Under the pieces are notes generated by a model that was given only the letters and a program-made list of their open reading frames with translations, searched no databases and was not told where the DNA came from. Below, one piece after another: positions 1-10,240 of a stretch of DNA of 48,128 nucleotides. How positions within the stretch are numbered: position 1 is the first letter of the stretch; each line of letters begins with the position of its first letter. A program made the position numbers and the translations under genes. Origin of the DNA: Squalus acanthias (taxonomy: Eukaryota). The stretch lies in NCBI GenBank assembly GCA_030390025.1, contig JASTWF010000034.1:6076001-6124128 (forward strand), given 5' to 3'.

Positions 1-325
1 AAAGTGTCCCTGTCTTCCAACATAGCACAGCAGGAGCACTCCACGCTGCCGAGCTGCCCTGCCATGTCCTACCCATAATTTACTCCCTTTAAATTAAAGA
101 ATATTAAATACACTAGGGACCTTACTTCCCTTTAAACACTACTTGCTCTAAACTCGAGACCTTACTTTTACTTTAACGACTGGATTGTAGAAATACTGAC
201 CGGGTCTTGGAAGCTGACAAAGACATAAAAAGAAAGGAACACATCCCTCCATGAACTCCCTCACTCACCAAACTCGCAGCTTAACACTCGGTTCCAAGCT
301 GCACTCCATGACAAACTGCACTCAA
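1..325 (-). mobile_element. Probable CR1 LINE 5' region fragment
   Basis: Resembles the reverse complement of fish CR1 5' ends (tccctcactcaccaaactc...cacactc); no diagnostic protein motif seen. Confidence 0.4.
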
Positions 326-327
326 GC

Positions 328-1180
328 CAGTACTGAGGGAGTGCTGCATTGTTGGAGGGGCAGTACTGAGGGAGTGCATCTCTGTCAGAGGGGCAGTACT
401 GAGGGAGCACTGCACTGTCAGAGGGGCAGTACTGAGGGAGCGCATCACTGTCAGAGGGTCAGTACTGAGTGAGCGCATCTCTGTCAGAGGGGCAGTACTG
501 AGGGAGCACTGCACTGTCAGAGGGGCAGTACTGAGGGAGCGCATCACTGTCAGAGGGTCAGTACTGAGTGAGCGCATCTCTGTCAGAGGGGCAGTACTGA
601 GGGAGCACTGCACTGTCGGAGGGGCAGTACTGAGGGAGCGCATCACTGTCAGAGGGTCAGTACTGAGGGAGCGCATCACTGTCAGAGGGGCAGTACTGAG
701 GGAGTGCTGCATTGTTGGAGGGGCAGTACTGAGGGAGTGCATCTCTGTCAGAGGGGCAGTACTAAGGGAGCGCCGCACTGTCAGAGGGGCAGTACTGAGG
801 GAGCACATCTCTCTCAGAGGGTCAGTACTGAGGGAGCGCATCACTGTCAGAGGGTCAGTACAGAGGGAGCGCATCACTGTCAGAGGGGCAGTACTGAGGG
901 AGCACTGCACTGTCAGAGGGGCAGTACTGAGGGAGCACTGCACTGTCAGAGGGGCAGTACTGAGGGAGCACTGCACTGTCAGAGGGGCAGTACTGAGGGA
1001 GCACTGCACTGTCAGAGGGGCAGTACTGAGGGATCACTGCACTGTCGGAGGGGCAGTACTGAGTGAGCACTGCACTGTCGGAGGGGCAGTACTGAGGGAG
1101 CACTGCACTGTCAGAGGGGCAGTGCTGAGGGAGCACTGCACTGTCAGAGGGGCAGTACTGAGGTAGCACTGCACTGTCAG
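328..1180 (+). repeat. 33-bp minisatellite (cagtactgagggagcactgcactgtcagagggg), about 26 units, derived from a SINE internal segment
   Basis: Direct tandem periodicity (11-aa repeats in the ORF track); unit matches cagtactgagggagtgctgcactgttggagg inside the SINE at about 3312-3342. Confidence 0.95.
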
Positions 1181-1184
1181 ATAG

Positions 1185-1660
1185 GTAGGTTGGTGAGGAC
1201 GTGGTCAAGCAGCCTAATCTCTCATCTTGGGTCTCCCACCACCTGCCGCAATCCCAGTCTGGCAGCTGTGTTCTTCAGGGCTCGGTTAATGATGGTACTT
1301 CCGAGCCACTCTTGGTGATGGACATTGAAGTTTCCCCCTCCCGACCCAGAGTATAATTTGCGCTTTTTCTGCTCTCGGTGCTCCCATCAACTGGTGTTCA
1401 ACATGAAGATGTGCCGATTCATCAGCTGAGGGAGGGCGGTAGGTGGTAATCGGCAGGAAGTTACCTTGCCCATGTCTGACTGGAAGCCATCAGACTTCAT
1501 TATATCCTCAGGCAATGTTGAGGACTCACAGGGTTTCTCCCTCCCGATTGTATACCCCTGTGTCCCCACCTCTGGTGGGTCTGTGCAGACCCTGGAATGG
1601 TGATGGAGGGTTTGAGAATGTTGACTGACAGGTATGGTTCTGTGAGTATGATTATGCGAG
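1185..1660 (-). mobile_element. Degenerate LINE APE-endonuclease fragment
   Basis: Minus strand at about 1280-1337 reads GNFNVHHQEWLGSTI, resembling the GDFN motif of CR1-group endonucleases. Confidence 0.7.
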
Positions 1661-1881
1661 AATTTAATGTTTCCAGAGAGTTTCATGGAGTATTGAGGTG
1701 CTTACAGCGTATTTATCTCATTGGTTAATATTTTAAGTGTTTTCCTTTGATCCCTTCGTTTTAATCCTTTGCTCCTTTTAATTATTCTTCCCCTCGGTCA
1801 AACACGATGACATGTTTGTCTGGGTAAGGTCACTCTTCTTCTTCTTCTTCTTCCATTTTCAGGCAAAAGAGAAATGAACTG

Positions 1882-2892
1882 AGAATGAAATTCCTGGATT
1901 GAGGTGGGAGCAGTGTAATCTAGGCGGCCCTGGGAATGAAATTCCTGGATTGAGGCAGGAGCAGTGTAATCTAGGCTGTGCCTGGGAATGAAATTCCTGG
2001 ACTGAGGCGGGAGCAGTGTAATCTAGGCAGCCCTGGGAATGAAATTCCTGGATTGAGGCAGGAGCAGTGTAATCTAGGCTGTCCTGGGAATGAAATTCCT
2101 GGACTGAGGTGGGAGCAGTGTAATCTAGGCAGCCCTGGGAATGAAATTCCTGGACTGAGGTGGGAGCAGTGTAATCTAGGCAGCCCTGGGAATGAAATTC
2201 CTGGATTGAGGTGGGAGCAGTGTAATTTAGTCTGTCCCGGGAATGAAATTCCTGGACTGAGGCGGGAGCAGTGTAATCTAGTCTGTCCTGGGAATGAAAT
2301 TCCTGGACAGAGGCGGGAGCAGTGTAAACTAGTCTGTCCCGGGGATGAAATTCCTGGACTGAGGCGGGAGCAGTGTAATCTAGTCTGTCCTGGGAATGAA
2401 ATTCCTGGACTGCGGCGGGAGCAGTGTAATCTAGGCTGTCCCTGGGAATGAAATTCCTGGATTGAGGTGAGAGCAGTGTAATCTTGGCAGCCCTGGGAAT
2501 GAAATCCCTGGACTGAGGCGGGAGCAGTGTAATCTCGGCTGTCCTGGGAATGAAATTCCTGGATTGAGGTGGGAGCAGTGTAATCTAGGCTGTGCCTGGG
2601 AATTAAATTCCTGGACTGAGGTGGGAGCAGTGTAATCTAGGCGGCACTGGGAATGAAATTCCTGGACTGAGGTGGGAGCAGTGTAATCTAGGCTGTGCCT
2701 GGGAATGAAATTCCTGGATTGAGGTGGGAGCAGTGTAATCTAGGCTGTCACTGGGAATGAAATTCCCGGATTGAGGTGGGAGCAGTGTAATCTAGGCTGT
2801 CCTGGGAATGAAATTCCTTTACTGAGGCGGGAGCAGTGTAATCTAGGCAGCACTGGGAATCACATTCCTGGATTGAGGTGGGAGCAGTGTAG
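1882..2892 (+). repeat. 51-bp minisatellite (gggaatgaaattcctggattgaggtgggagcagtgtaatctaggcagccct), about 20 units
   Basis: Direct tandem periodicity; 17-aa repeat in ORF 1978..2451. Confidence 0.95.
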
Positions 2893-2894
2893 TG

Positions 2895-3198
2895 GTACCT
2901 CTATTGTTTCTTAACTCTAACCAAATAGATTCTGTCCTTGACCCCTCGAAGACATCCTCTTTCTCCGGCACTAATATTCTCCTTAATCAATATTGCTAAT
3001 CCACCTCCTTTCTTTCCTCCCCTATCTTTCCCGAACATCTTATATCCAGGTATATTTAGTACCCAATCCTACCCTTTTTGACCCAGGTCTCTATTATCGC
3101 CACAACATCATTTTCCTATGTGGCTATTTGCTCCTGCAGCTCACCTACTTATTGACCACGCTTCGTGCGTTTGCACACATGCACTGTAAACCCATCTG
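2895..3198 (-). mobile_element. CR1 LINE ORF2 endonuclease N-terminal fragment
   Basis: Minus strand reads LQCMCANARSVVNK, the same motif as LKCVYFNARSIRNK in the CR1 at 45 kb. Confidence 0.8.
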
Positions 3199-3201
3199 AC
3201 A

Positions 3202-3675
3202 GTGTCAGCTGTGGCTCAGTAGGTAGCACACTAACCTCTCAGTCAGAGGTTGTGGGTTGAAGTCCCACTCCAGAGACTAGAGCACCATAAATCTAGGCTG
3301 ACTCTCCAGTGCAGTACTGAGGGAGTGCTGCACTGTTGGAGGTGCCGTCTTTCGGATGAGATATTAACCCGAGGCCCCGTCTGCTCTCTCAGGTGGACGT
3401 AAAAGATCCCGTTGCACTAGTTCGATGAAGAGTGGTGAAGTTATCCCTGGTGTCCTGGACAATAATTATCGCTCAATCAACATAACAAAAACTATTAATC
3501 TGGTCATTTTCACATTGCTGCTTTTGGGAGCTTGCTGTGCGCAAATTGGCTGCGGTGTTTCTCACCTTACAACAGTGACTACACTCCAAATGTATTCATT
3601 GGCTGTAAAACGCTTCGAGACGTCCGGAGGTCGTGAAAGGCGATATATAAATGGAAGTCTTTCTTTCTCTTTTAT
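3202..3675 (+). mobile_element. tRNA-derived SINE with Deu-like central domain (SacSINE1/DeuSINE type)
   Basis: A box (tggctcagtagg), degenerate B box (ggttgaagtccc), Deu-like core (gccgtctttcggatgag...ctctctcaggtggacgtaaaagatccc), L2-like tail (atataaatggaagtctttctttc). Confidence 0.85.
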
Positions 3676-3689
3676 TTAGACCTTACAAT

Positions 3690-3930
3690 AGCAAAATACT
3701 GCGGATGTGGAAATCTGAAATAACAACAGAAAATGCTGGAAACACTCAGCAGGTCAGGCAGCATCCGTGGAGAGAAACAGAGTTAGCGTTTCTGTTCTGT
3801 GACCCTTCGACATAACTGGAAAAAGTTAGAAATGTAACAGATTGTAAGCAGGTGTAGGGGCAGGGTAAGGCGGGGGGAGGAATGAACAAAAGAGATGGTC
3901 TGTGATAGGGTGGAAGGCAGGAGAGGTTAA
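3690..3930 (-). mobile_element. Penelope-like element terminal fragment
   Basis: Inverted counterpart of 8790-8930; degenerate hammerhead-like core at about 3780-3820. Confidence 0.65.
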
Positions 3931-3969
3931 ATGTTCCCCAATGGGAATGGCAGAATCATTGGCTGTAAA

Positions 3970-4912
3970 ACGCTTCTATAGGCCACCAACTAGTGGGAAG
4001 GAAATAGAGGAGCAAATTTGCAGGGAAATTGCAGAGAGGTGGAAGAAATATAGAGTGGTAATAATAGGGGACTTCAGTTATCCTAATATAGACTGAGATA
4101 GTAATTGTATAAAGGGAAGAGAGGGGGAAGAATTTCCTTAGTGAGTTCAAGAGAACTTTCTTAATTGGTGCATTTCTGGCCCAAAGAGGAAGGAGGCATT
4201 GCTGGATCTGGTTCTGGGGAATGAGGTAGGTGAAGTGGAGAAGATTTCAGTAAGGGAGCATTCAGAGAACGGTGATCGTAGTATCATGAGGTTTATATTA
4301 GCTATGGAAAAGGACAAGGAGCAATCTAGTGTAAAAATACTTAATTGAGGGAGGGCCAATTTCAGTGGGTTGAGAACGGAGCTGGCTTGGGTAAAAGGAA
4401 TCAAAGATTGGCAGGCAAAACTGTCATTGAAGAATGTGCTGCCTTTAAAGAAGAGATGATTCAGGTACAATCGAGGTACATTCCCACGAGGGGGAAAGGT
4501 AGGGCAACCAAAGCCAGAGCTCCCTGGATGACGAAAGAGATAGTGGAAGATAGAGAGTAAGAGGAAGCAGAGAAATGGGGCGTATGACAGATGTCAAGTT
4601 CAGAATACAAGTGAGAACCAGGCTGAATATAGAAAGTTCAGAGAGGAAGTGAAAAAGGAAATACGAGGGGCAAAGAGAGAGTATTAGAATAGATTGGCAG
4701 CTAACATAAAATGGAATCCAAAAGTCTTCTTTTGGCATATAAATATTAAACGGGCAGTAAGAGGTGGGGTGGGGCTGATTAAGGGCCAAAAAGGAGACAT
4801 ACGAATGGAGGCAGAGGGCATGGCTGAGATAGTAAATGAATACTTTGCATCTGTCTTTAGCAAGAAAGAAGCTGCTGCCAAAGTCATAGTGAAAGAGGAG
4901 GTAGTTGAGTAA
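3970..4912 (+). mobile_element. CR1 LINE ORF2 fragment (endonuclease C-terminus and linker), disrupted
   Basis: YRPP, GDFSYPNID, LDLVL, APW, NEYFASVF motifs with stops and frameshifts. Confidence 0.9.
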
Positions 4913-4939
4913 AGTGTTGTGATGACAATGGTTCAATGA

Positions 4940-5030
4940 GTCTGATTGTTCAATGACTGTAATTAATGCCAGTTACAGTGAGGCCTAATGATGTCACTCG
5001 GGGATTTCCCTCTGCTCTAAATAAGGAGAT
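4940..5030 (+). promoter_or_regulatory. Putative GPCR proximal promoter: reverse CCAAT-like ctgattg, TAATTA, CRE-like TGATGTCA (4989-4996), NF-kB consensus GGGATTTCCC (5001-5010), TATA-like TAAATAA (5018-5024)
   Basis: Motif cluster 85-170 bp upstream of the predicted first coding exon; motif matches only. Confidence 0.45.
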
Positions 5031-5108
5031 CCCTTCACTGTGTCACCTCACACAGTCAGCGCGCTGCCCCCAGCACAAAGACCACCAGACACTCACAGAA
5101 GGGAAGGC

Positions 5109-5199
5109 ATAGATTGGGGTGAAGTGTTTAGGATATTAGGAATATGTTATGATATACAAAATATGTACTATCCCCTCCTCACTGCTGTCGGCGTTCCTA
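5109..5199 (+). CDS. GPR139/GPR142-like GPCR, coding exon 1 (N-terminus and first half of TM1: (I)DWGEVFRILGICYDIQNMYYPLLTAVGVP)
   Basis: YYPxLxxxGVP followed by N is the TM1 signature of this family; phase-1 donor A|GTAAGG at 5199/5200 matches the phase-1 acceptor at 10240/10241; first in-frame ATG is 5163, with ATA at 5109. Confidence 0.8.
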
Positions 5200-5233
5200 G
5201 TAAGGATCTATGTCCAGTTATTAATTCAAAATA

Positions 5234-5470
5234 ATGGAGAGGCCCAGAGAAAGAGCTAGGGGCTTGAGCGACGAGGCTTTGGTGGCTCTGGTTGGCGCTG
5301 TGGAACGGCGATGGGCAGTGTTGTTCCCTGTGAGGTGCAGGAGGCCATTGCCCCGGGAGTTTAGAAGGGTGTGGAGGGAGGTGGCTCAGCACATCTCCCC
5401 GAGGGGCCTGGTGCCGAGGACCCACACCCAATGTCAGAAGAAGTTCAACGAGCTCACTCGGGTGGTCAGG
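5234..5470 (+). mobile_element. Harbinger/PIF Myb/SANT-like DNA-binding protein, first exon
   Basis: LSDEALVALVGAVERRWAVLFP...WREVAQHI...RTHTQCQKKFNEL trihelix/Myb pattern ending at donor AGG|GTGAGT; convergent with the transposase remnant. Confidence 0.85.
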
Positions 5471-5689
5471 GTGAGTACCTGCTTTTCCAAACCTCTACAT
5501 CCCTCCATCTCAACTTCACTCTGTGCCCAGAGGGTTTACAAACCCAAATGCCCAACACTCATTCAAACCTATGGCCATTTCATAAAACACACATCCACAT
5601 CCCACACCTTGCACACATTAACCGCTATTCAACAAGATACACTACAGCAACTCACCAAGGCTTCTTCGGCAGCACCTCCCAAACCCGCG

Positions 5690-5980
5690 ACCTCTTCCAC
5701 CTAGAAGGACAAGGGCAGGCGCATGGGAACACCACCACCTCCAAGCTCCCCTCCAAGTCACACACCATCCTGACTTAGAAGTATATCGCCGATCCTTCAT
5801 CATCGCTGGGTCAAAATCCTGTAACTCCCTACTTAACAGCAATGTGGGAGTACCTTCACCACACGGACTGCAGCGGTTCAAGAAGGCAGCTCACCACCAC
5901 CTTCTCAAGGGCAACTAGGGATGGGCAATAAATGCTGGCCATGCCAGCGAAGCCCACATCCCATAAACGAATAAAAATAT
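5690..5980 (+). mobile_element. Non-LTR retroelement 3' end (further copies at about 12795-12960 and 34555-34765 on +, partial at 12205-12280 on -)
   Basis: Shared block tatatcgccg..ccttcatcgtcgctgggtcaaaatcc...gactgcagcggttcaagaagg...gcaataaatgctggcc with A-rich end. Confidence 0.75.
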
Positions 5981-5981
5981 A

Positions 5982-7172
5982 CTATGGGAGGCACATCTGC
6001 CAAACACATGGCTGCACATAATAACGGCTATTCAGCTGTGGTAGGCACATCTGCCAAACACATGTCTGCACATAATAACGGCTATTCAACTATGATAGGC
6101 ACCTCTGCCAAACACATGTCTGCACACAGTAATGGCTCTTCAACAATGTAAGGCACCTCTGCCAAACACATGTCTGCACACAGTAATGGCTATTCAACTA
6201 TGGTAGGCACCTCTGCCAAACACAGGTCTGCATAGAGTAATGGATATTCAACTATGATAGGCACATCTGGCAAATGCATGGCTGCACACAGTAATGGCTA
6301 TTCAACTATGATAGGCACCTCTGCCAAACACATGTCTGCACACAGTAATGGCTATTCAACTATGATAGGCCCCTCTGCCAAACACATGTCTGCACACAGT
6401 AATGGCTATTCAACTATGAAAGGCACCTCTGCCAAACACATGTCTGCACACAGTAATGGCTATTCAACTATAATAGGCACATCTGCCAAACAATGGCTGC
6501 ACACAGTAATGGCTATTCAACTATGGGAGGCAAATCTGCCAAACACAAAGATTGCACACAGTAATGGCTATTCAACTATAGTAGGCACATCTGCCAAACA
6601 CATGGTTGCACACAGTAATGGTTATTCAACTATGATAGGCACATCTGACAAACACATGGCTGCACACAGTAATGGCTATTGAACTGTGATAGGCACATCT
6701 GCCAAACACATGGTTGCACACAGTAATGGCTATTCAACTATGATAGGCACATCTGCCAAACACATGTCTGCACACAGTAATGGCTATTCAACTGTGATAG
6801 GCACATCTGCCAAACACATGTCTGCACACAGTAATGGCTATTCAACTGTGGTAGGCACCTCTGCCAAGCACATGTCTGCACACAGTAATGGCTATTCAAC
6901 TATGGTAGGCACCTCTGCCAAACACATGGCTGCACATAGTAATGGCTACTCAACTTAGATAGGCACCTCTGCCAAACACATGGCTGCACACAGTAATGGC
7001 TATTCAACTATGGTAGGCACCTCTGCCAAACACGTGTCTGCAAACAGTAATGGCTATTCAACTATGGTAGGCACCTCTGCCAAACACATGTCTGCACACA
7101 GTAATGGCTATTCAACTATGGTAGGCACCTCTGCCAAACACATGGCTGCACACAGTAATGGCTATTCAACTA
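5982..7172 (+). repeat. 54-bp minisatellite (ggcacctctgccaaacacatgtctgcacacagtaatggctattcaactatgata), about 22 units
   Basis: Direct tandem periodicity; 18-aa repeats in the ORF track. Confidence 0.95.
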
Positions 7173-7422
7173 TTTGTTGACAGTTTTCCCGCTCATCTCC
7201 ATGTTGTGAGAACGAGTTTTGTTAGTTCATGAATTGTTGTGTTTGTTTCAACTTGTTTGTCCTGAATAAATGACACAGAGTTGGTAACACAACTAATTTT
7301 TTTAATTCTAACTTTACATCTTTTCTGATTTGACTCATTGCAGCTTTGTCCAGCAATAGGGGGTGCGGGATGCTTTCAATGATGTGCTTCTTCATCACAG
7401 AAGCCATCTTCTCAATAAGGGG

Positions 7423-8082
7423 TTAGAATCGGTGTCTTATGAGCCGTTCACGGACGGCCCTTTCAGTGGCAACATTGTGCACCTCCCTCCCACGTTGGTG
7501 CTGCTGATTCTCCTCTTCATCCTCCTGCTACTCATCCTCCTCCTCCTCTCCCTCTTGCTCCTCCTCCTCAGGTGGTGCACCAATCCCTGGTGGCAATGGC
7601 TGGGTCCTCATGATTGCAATGTTATAAAGCATGCAGCACACAACAATCAAGAGGGAGACTCGCTCGGGAGAGTATTGCAGGGCTCCTCCTGAGTGATCTA
7701 GAAAGCGGAACCGTTGTTTCAAGACGCCGAACGCCTGCTCTATCATGTTCCTGGTGGCGCTATGGCTCTCATTGTATTGCAGTTCGACAGGGGTGTTGGG
7801 GTTATGGATCGGTGTCATCAGCCAGGTGCAGAGTGGATAACCCTTGTCTCCGAGGAGCCATCCACTAGGTTGACACGGTGGTTGGAAGATGTGTGCAACA
7901 CCGGTCTGGCGCAGAATAAAAGCATTGTGGCTGCTGCCAGGATAGCGGGCATTAACGGCGAGTATGAGCTGTCTGTGGTCACACACCCGCTGGTCGCGTT
8001 TGCCACTCTCTCTCTCTCTGCGCCTCTGCTGCCTCCGAAGGTGAAGCTGGACGATGACGCCCCAAGTTAGTGCAGCCCCCAT
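7423..8082 (-). mobile_element. Harbinger/PIF (HARBI1-like) DDE transposase remnant with internal deletion
   Basis: VCDHRQLILAVNARYPGSSHNAFIL, WLLGDKGYPL, YNESHSATRNMIEQAFGVLKQRFRFLD, IVVCCMLYNIA, acidic tail, frameshifted end RERLIRHRF*; first catalytic Asp region (GxIDGTH) absent. Confidence 0.9.
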
Positions 8083-8568
8083 CGAAGCTTCTTAATATCG
8101 TTAGAAGGAAGGTGAAATAAAAATGAACCTCCAAATTGGTGCTCAGGACCCAAAACTCCTTCGGTGAGCGTCGTATCTCTCCAGACGTCTCTCAACCTGC
8201 ATCTAACAAAAATTTCGCCGACAAGAAACGGCAGGAGGCAACCGCCTTTAAATAGCGCTCCCCCAGCCCCTTCCCGACTTGAAAACATTCCCCATCTACG
8301 TGTCGTTCCTAGCGGCAGGGGCTGAGGCAGGGGACACGACTCAATTTTCAGTCCGGGGTGCTACCAGGGCATTGCACGCTCGACTGATGTCACGATCTGC
8401 AGGCGCAGGAGATCGTGGCGGCAGTGTTTAGTGCCAGCGCAAAACGACTGGTCAATTTTGTGAGCGTACTAAAATAGCCGCGCTCGGGCGCTAAGCTCCT
8501 ATCGCCCCGTTACCCCTCCCCCCCCGAAGGTGCTCAGGGCAGGTGCAAACCAACCGACTTTTCCCCCC
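8083..8568 (-). mobile_element. Probable Harbinger 5' non-coding and terminal region
   Basis: CpG-containing segment upstream of the transposase start with TTTAAA and TGACATCA on the minus strand, ending at ccgacttttcccccc; partner TIR not found. Confidence 0.45.
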
Positions 8569-8789
8569 ATGATTATCTGTGTTTCTCTCTCTGTCGTTCC
8601 CCATCCCATCCGCGCTGCTGTCAGCTATTGATTCTGAAGGTGATTTCGTGTTACCAAGATTCAAATGTTCAACTCAAGTAAATTTATTGGAGGTGACTCT
8701 TTATTTAACGAATTTCAATCTGCTACCGACACTGAACATTTGTATCAGGTCAGAAGAATGCTGTCTTGGTTTAGGAGACTTTTCACCTA

Positions 8790-8930
8790 ATGGCGAAAGG
8801 CCATCGACCTGAAACGTTAACTCTGTTTCTCTCTCTCTCCACAGATGCTGTCTGACCCGCTGAGTATTTCCATCATTTTCTGTTTTCATTTCAGATTTCC
8901 AGTATCCGCAGTATTTTGCTTTTGATTTCA
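8790..8930 (+). mobile_element. Penelope-like element terminal fragment with degenerate hammerhead core
   Basis: tggcgaaaggccatcgacctgaaacgttaact followed by the block that is inverted at 3690-3790. Confidence 0.65.
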
Positions 8931-10240
8931 CCTAATGCTCGGTATGGTTACTTACAGAGTCACAGGAACAAATCCTGGCAGATCACATCCACATCTTTAA
9001 ATGTCTGAAATATCCGCTAATCATTCAGTTCCAGTCAGTGTCTCCTTTCCCACCCTCTCCAGTTCTGCATTATTGGCACTGCTTCTGATGGTTAAAGTAG
9101 GATTACAAGGATAATTTACATTCTCACAAAACGTTCATTCAGCCAGATTTCAATACATTTCTTTCTGATCATTGTTTTGAGTTTACAATTGGATCCCATG
9201 CCCGTCTGTCACAGTACAGTGGATCTGTCAGTGAGACCCAGAGTGATTCTCTATTGCCTCCTGCTGTACTTCAGGATAAACAATCCCAGCTGATTGTAAC
9301 TGAAGTACTGAGGATAAGAAAATCCTTTGATATCTTCTCGTCTAATATTCTCTGCACAAGTTGGAAACAACAGGTGAAAAAGTACAAGGATAAATCTCTT
9401 CCATTTGTGTTCAGATACTTTACAACAGCATTCGGCGGCACTTTGCCTGTGGGCTAAGTCGTCTGATTTCGATGCTGATAAATGCATTTAGTGGGACATT
9501 ACCTGGTCAATCATCACTATTTACTTTAATTCAGAGTCCATTATTTGCAATGTTACTTGGCAAATCTTCCTTTCAATGAGCTAGAATTTGTGTATTTCAA
9601 CAAAAATGCAGTAAACTCAATCTTCAAAACATATCTGATAGCCCAGTTATCTTTATAACTGCAGTGCACTTGTATTTATTATCTTAGCATTGTCGTATTA
9701 CATCCGTACATTTTACATACAATTGCCTGTAATTATTGCATGCCAAGGTTGCAGTTTCTGTATTTTGCTGTTGCATTCATTTTCAGTTCTAAATAGAATG
9801 GATATTCTGACCAAGAGCAGGAATCCAAGCGGGATTTCCCCCTCCCTAACACAGGGGCACAGAAGCGAACTGCACCGCTCCAAATGCTGACTGATCCCGG
9901 GACACGAAGGCTTCCTGAGAGGGTCTGGTCCTTTGTGTCCCTGGTACCTCGGGCGGTGCTTTTGTCTGCTGGGCTAAATTTAGATCGATCATTTAATCTC
10001 TCCTTGATCAAACATCTGTTACTTTCATATTGTATTTATTCCCATTTCAGTTATTGATTCCACAATGTATTCCCGATTATTCTTACAATAAGCCCTGTAT
10101 TCAGCTCCACAGGTAATAGGATTAGATTATATCATTCAATGTCGGTAATGAGTTGCAGATTTCACCCCGAATTCCCTCAAACTGCTGCTTTTGCTCCCAG
10201 CCTGATGAATAATTTCCCTGTTTATTTCCCTTCCTCACAG

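Noticed and set aside
251..2451. Cys/His-rich repetitive ORFs
   Set aside because: Products of 33-bp and 51-bp minisatellites whose unit length is a multiple of 3; open in several frames, with no gene structure.
3205..3275. tRNA gene
   Set aside because: Degenerate tRNA-like head continuous with a SINE body; no convincing cloverleaf or terminator.
6254..7180. Repetitive ORFs MIGTSAKHMSAHSNGYST
   Set aside because: Translation of the 54-bp minisatellite, broken by stops and indels.
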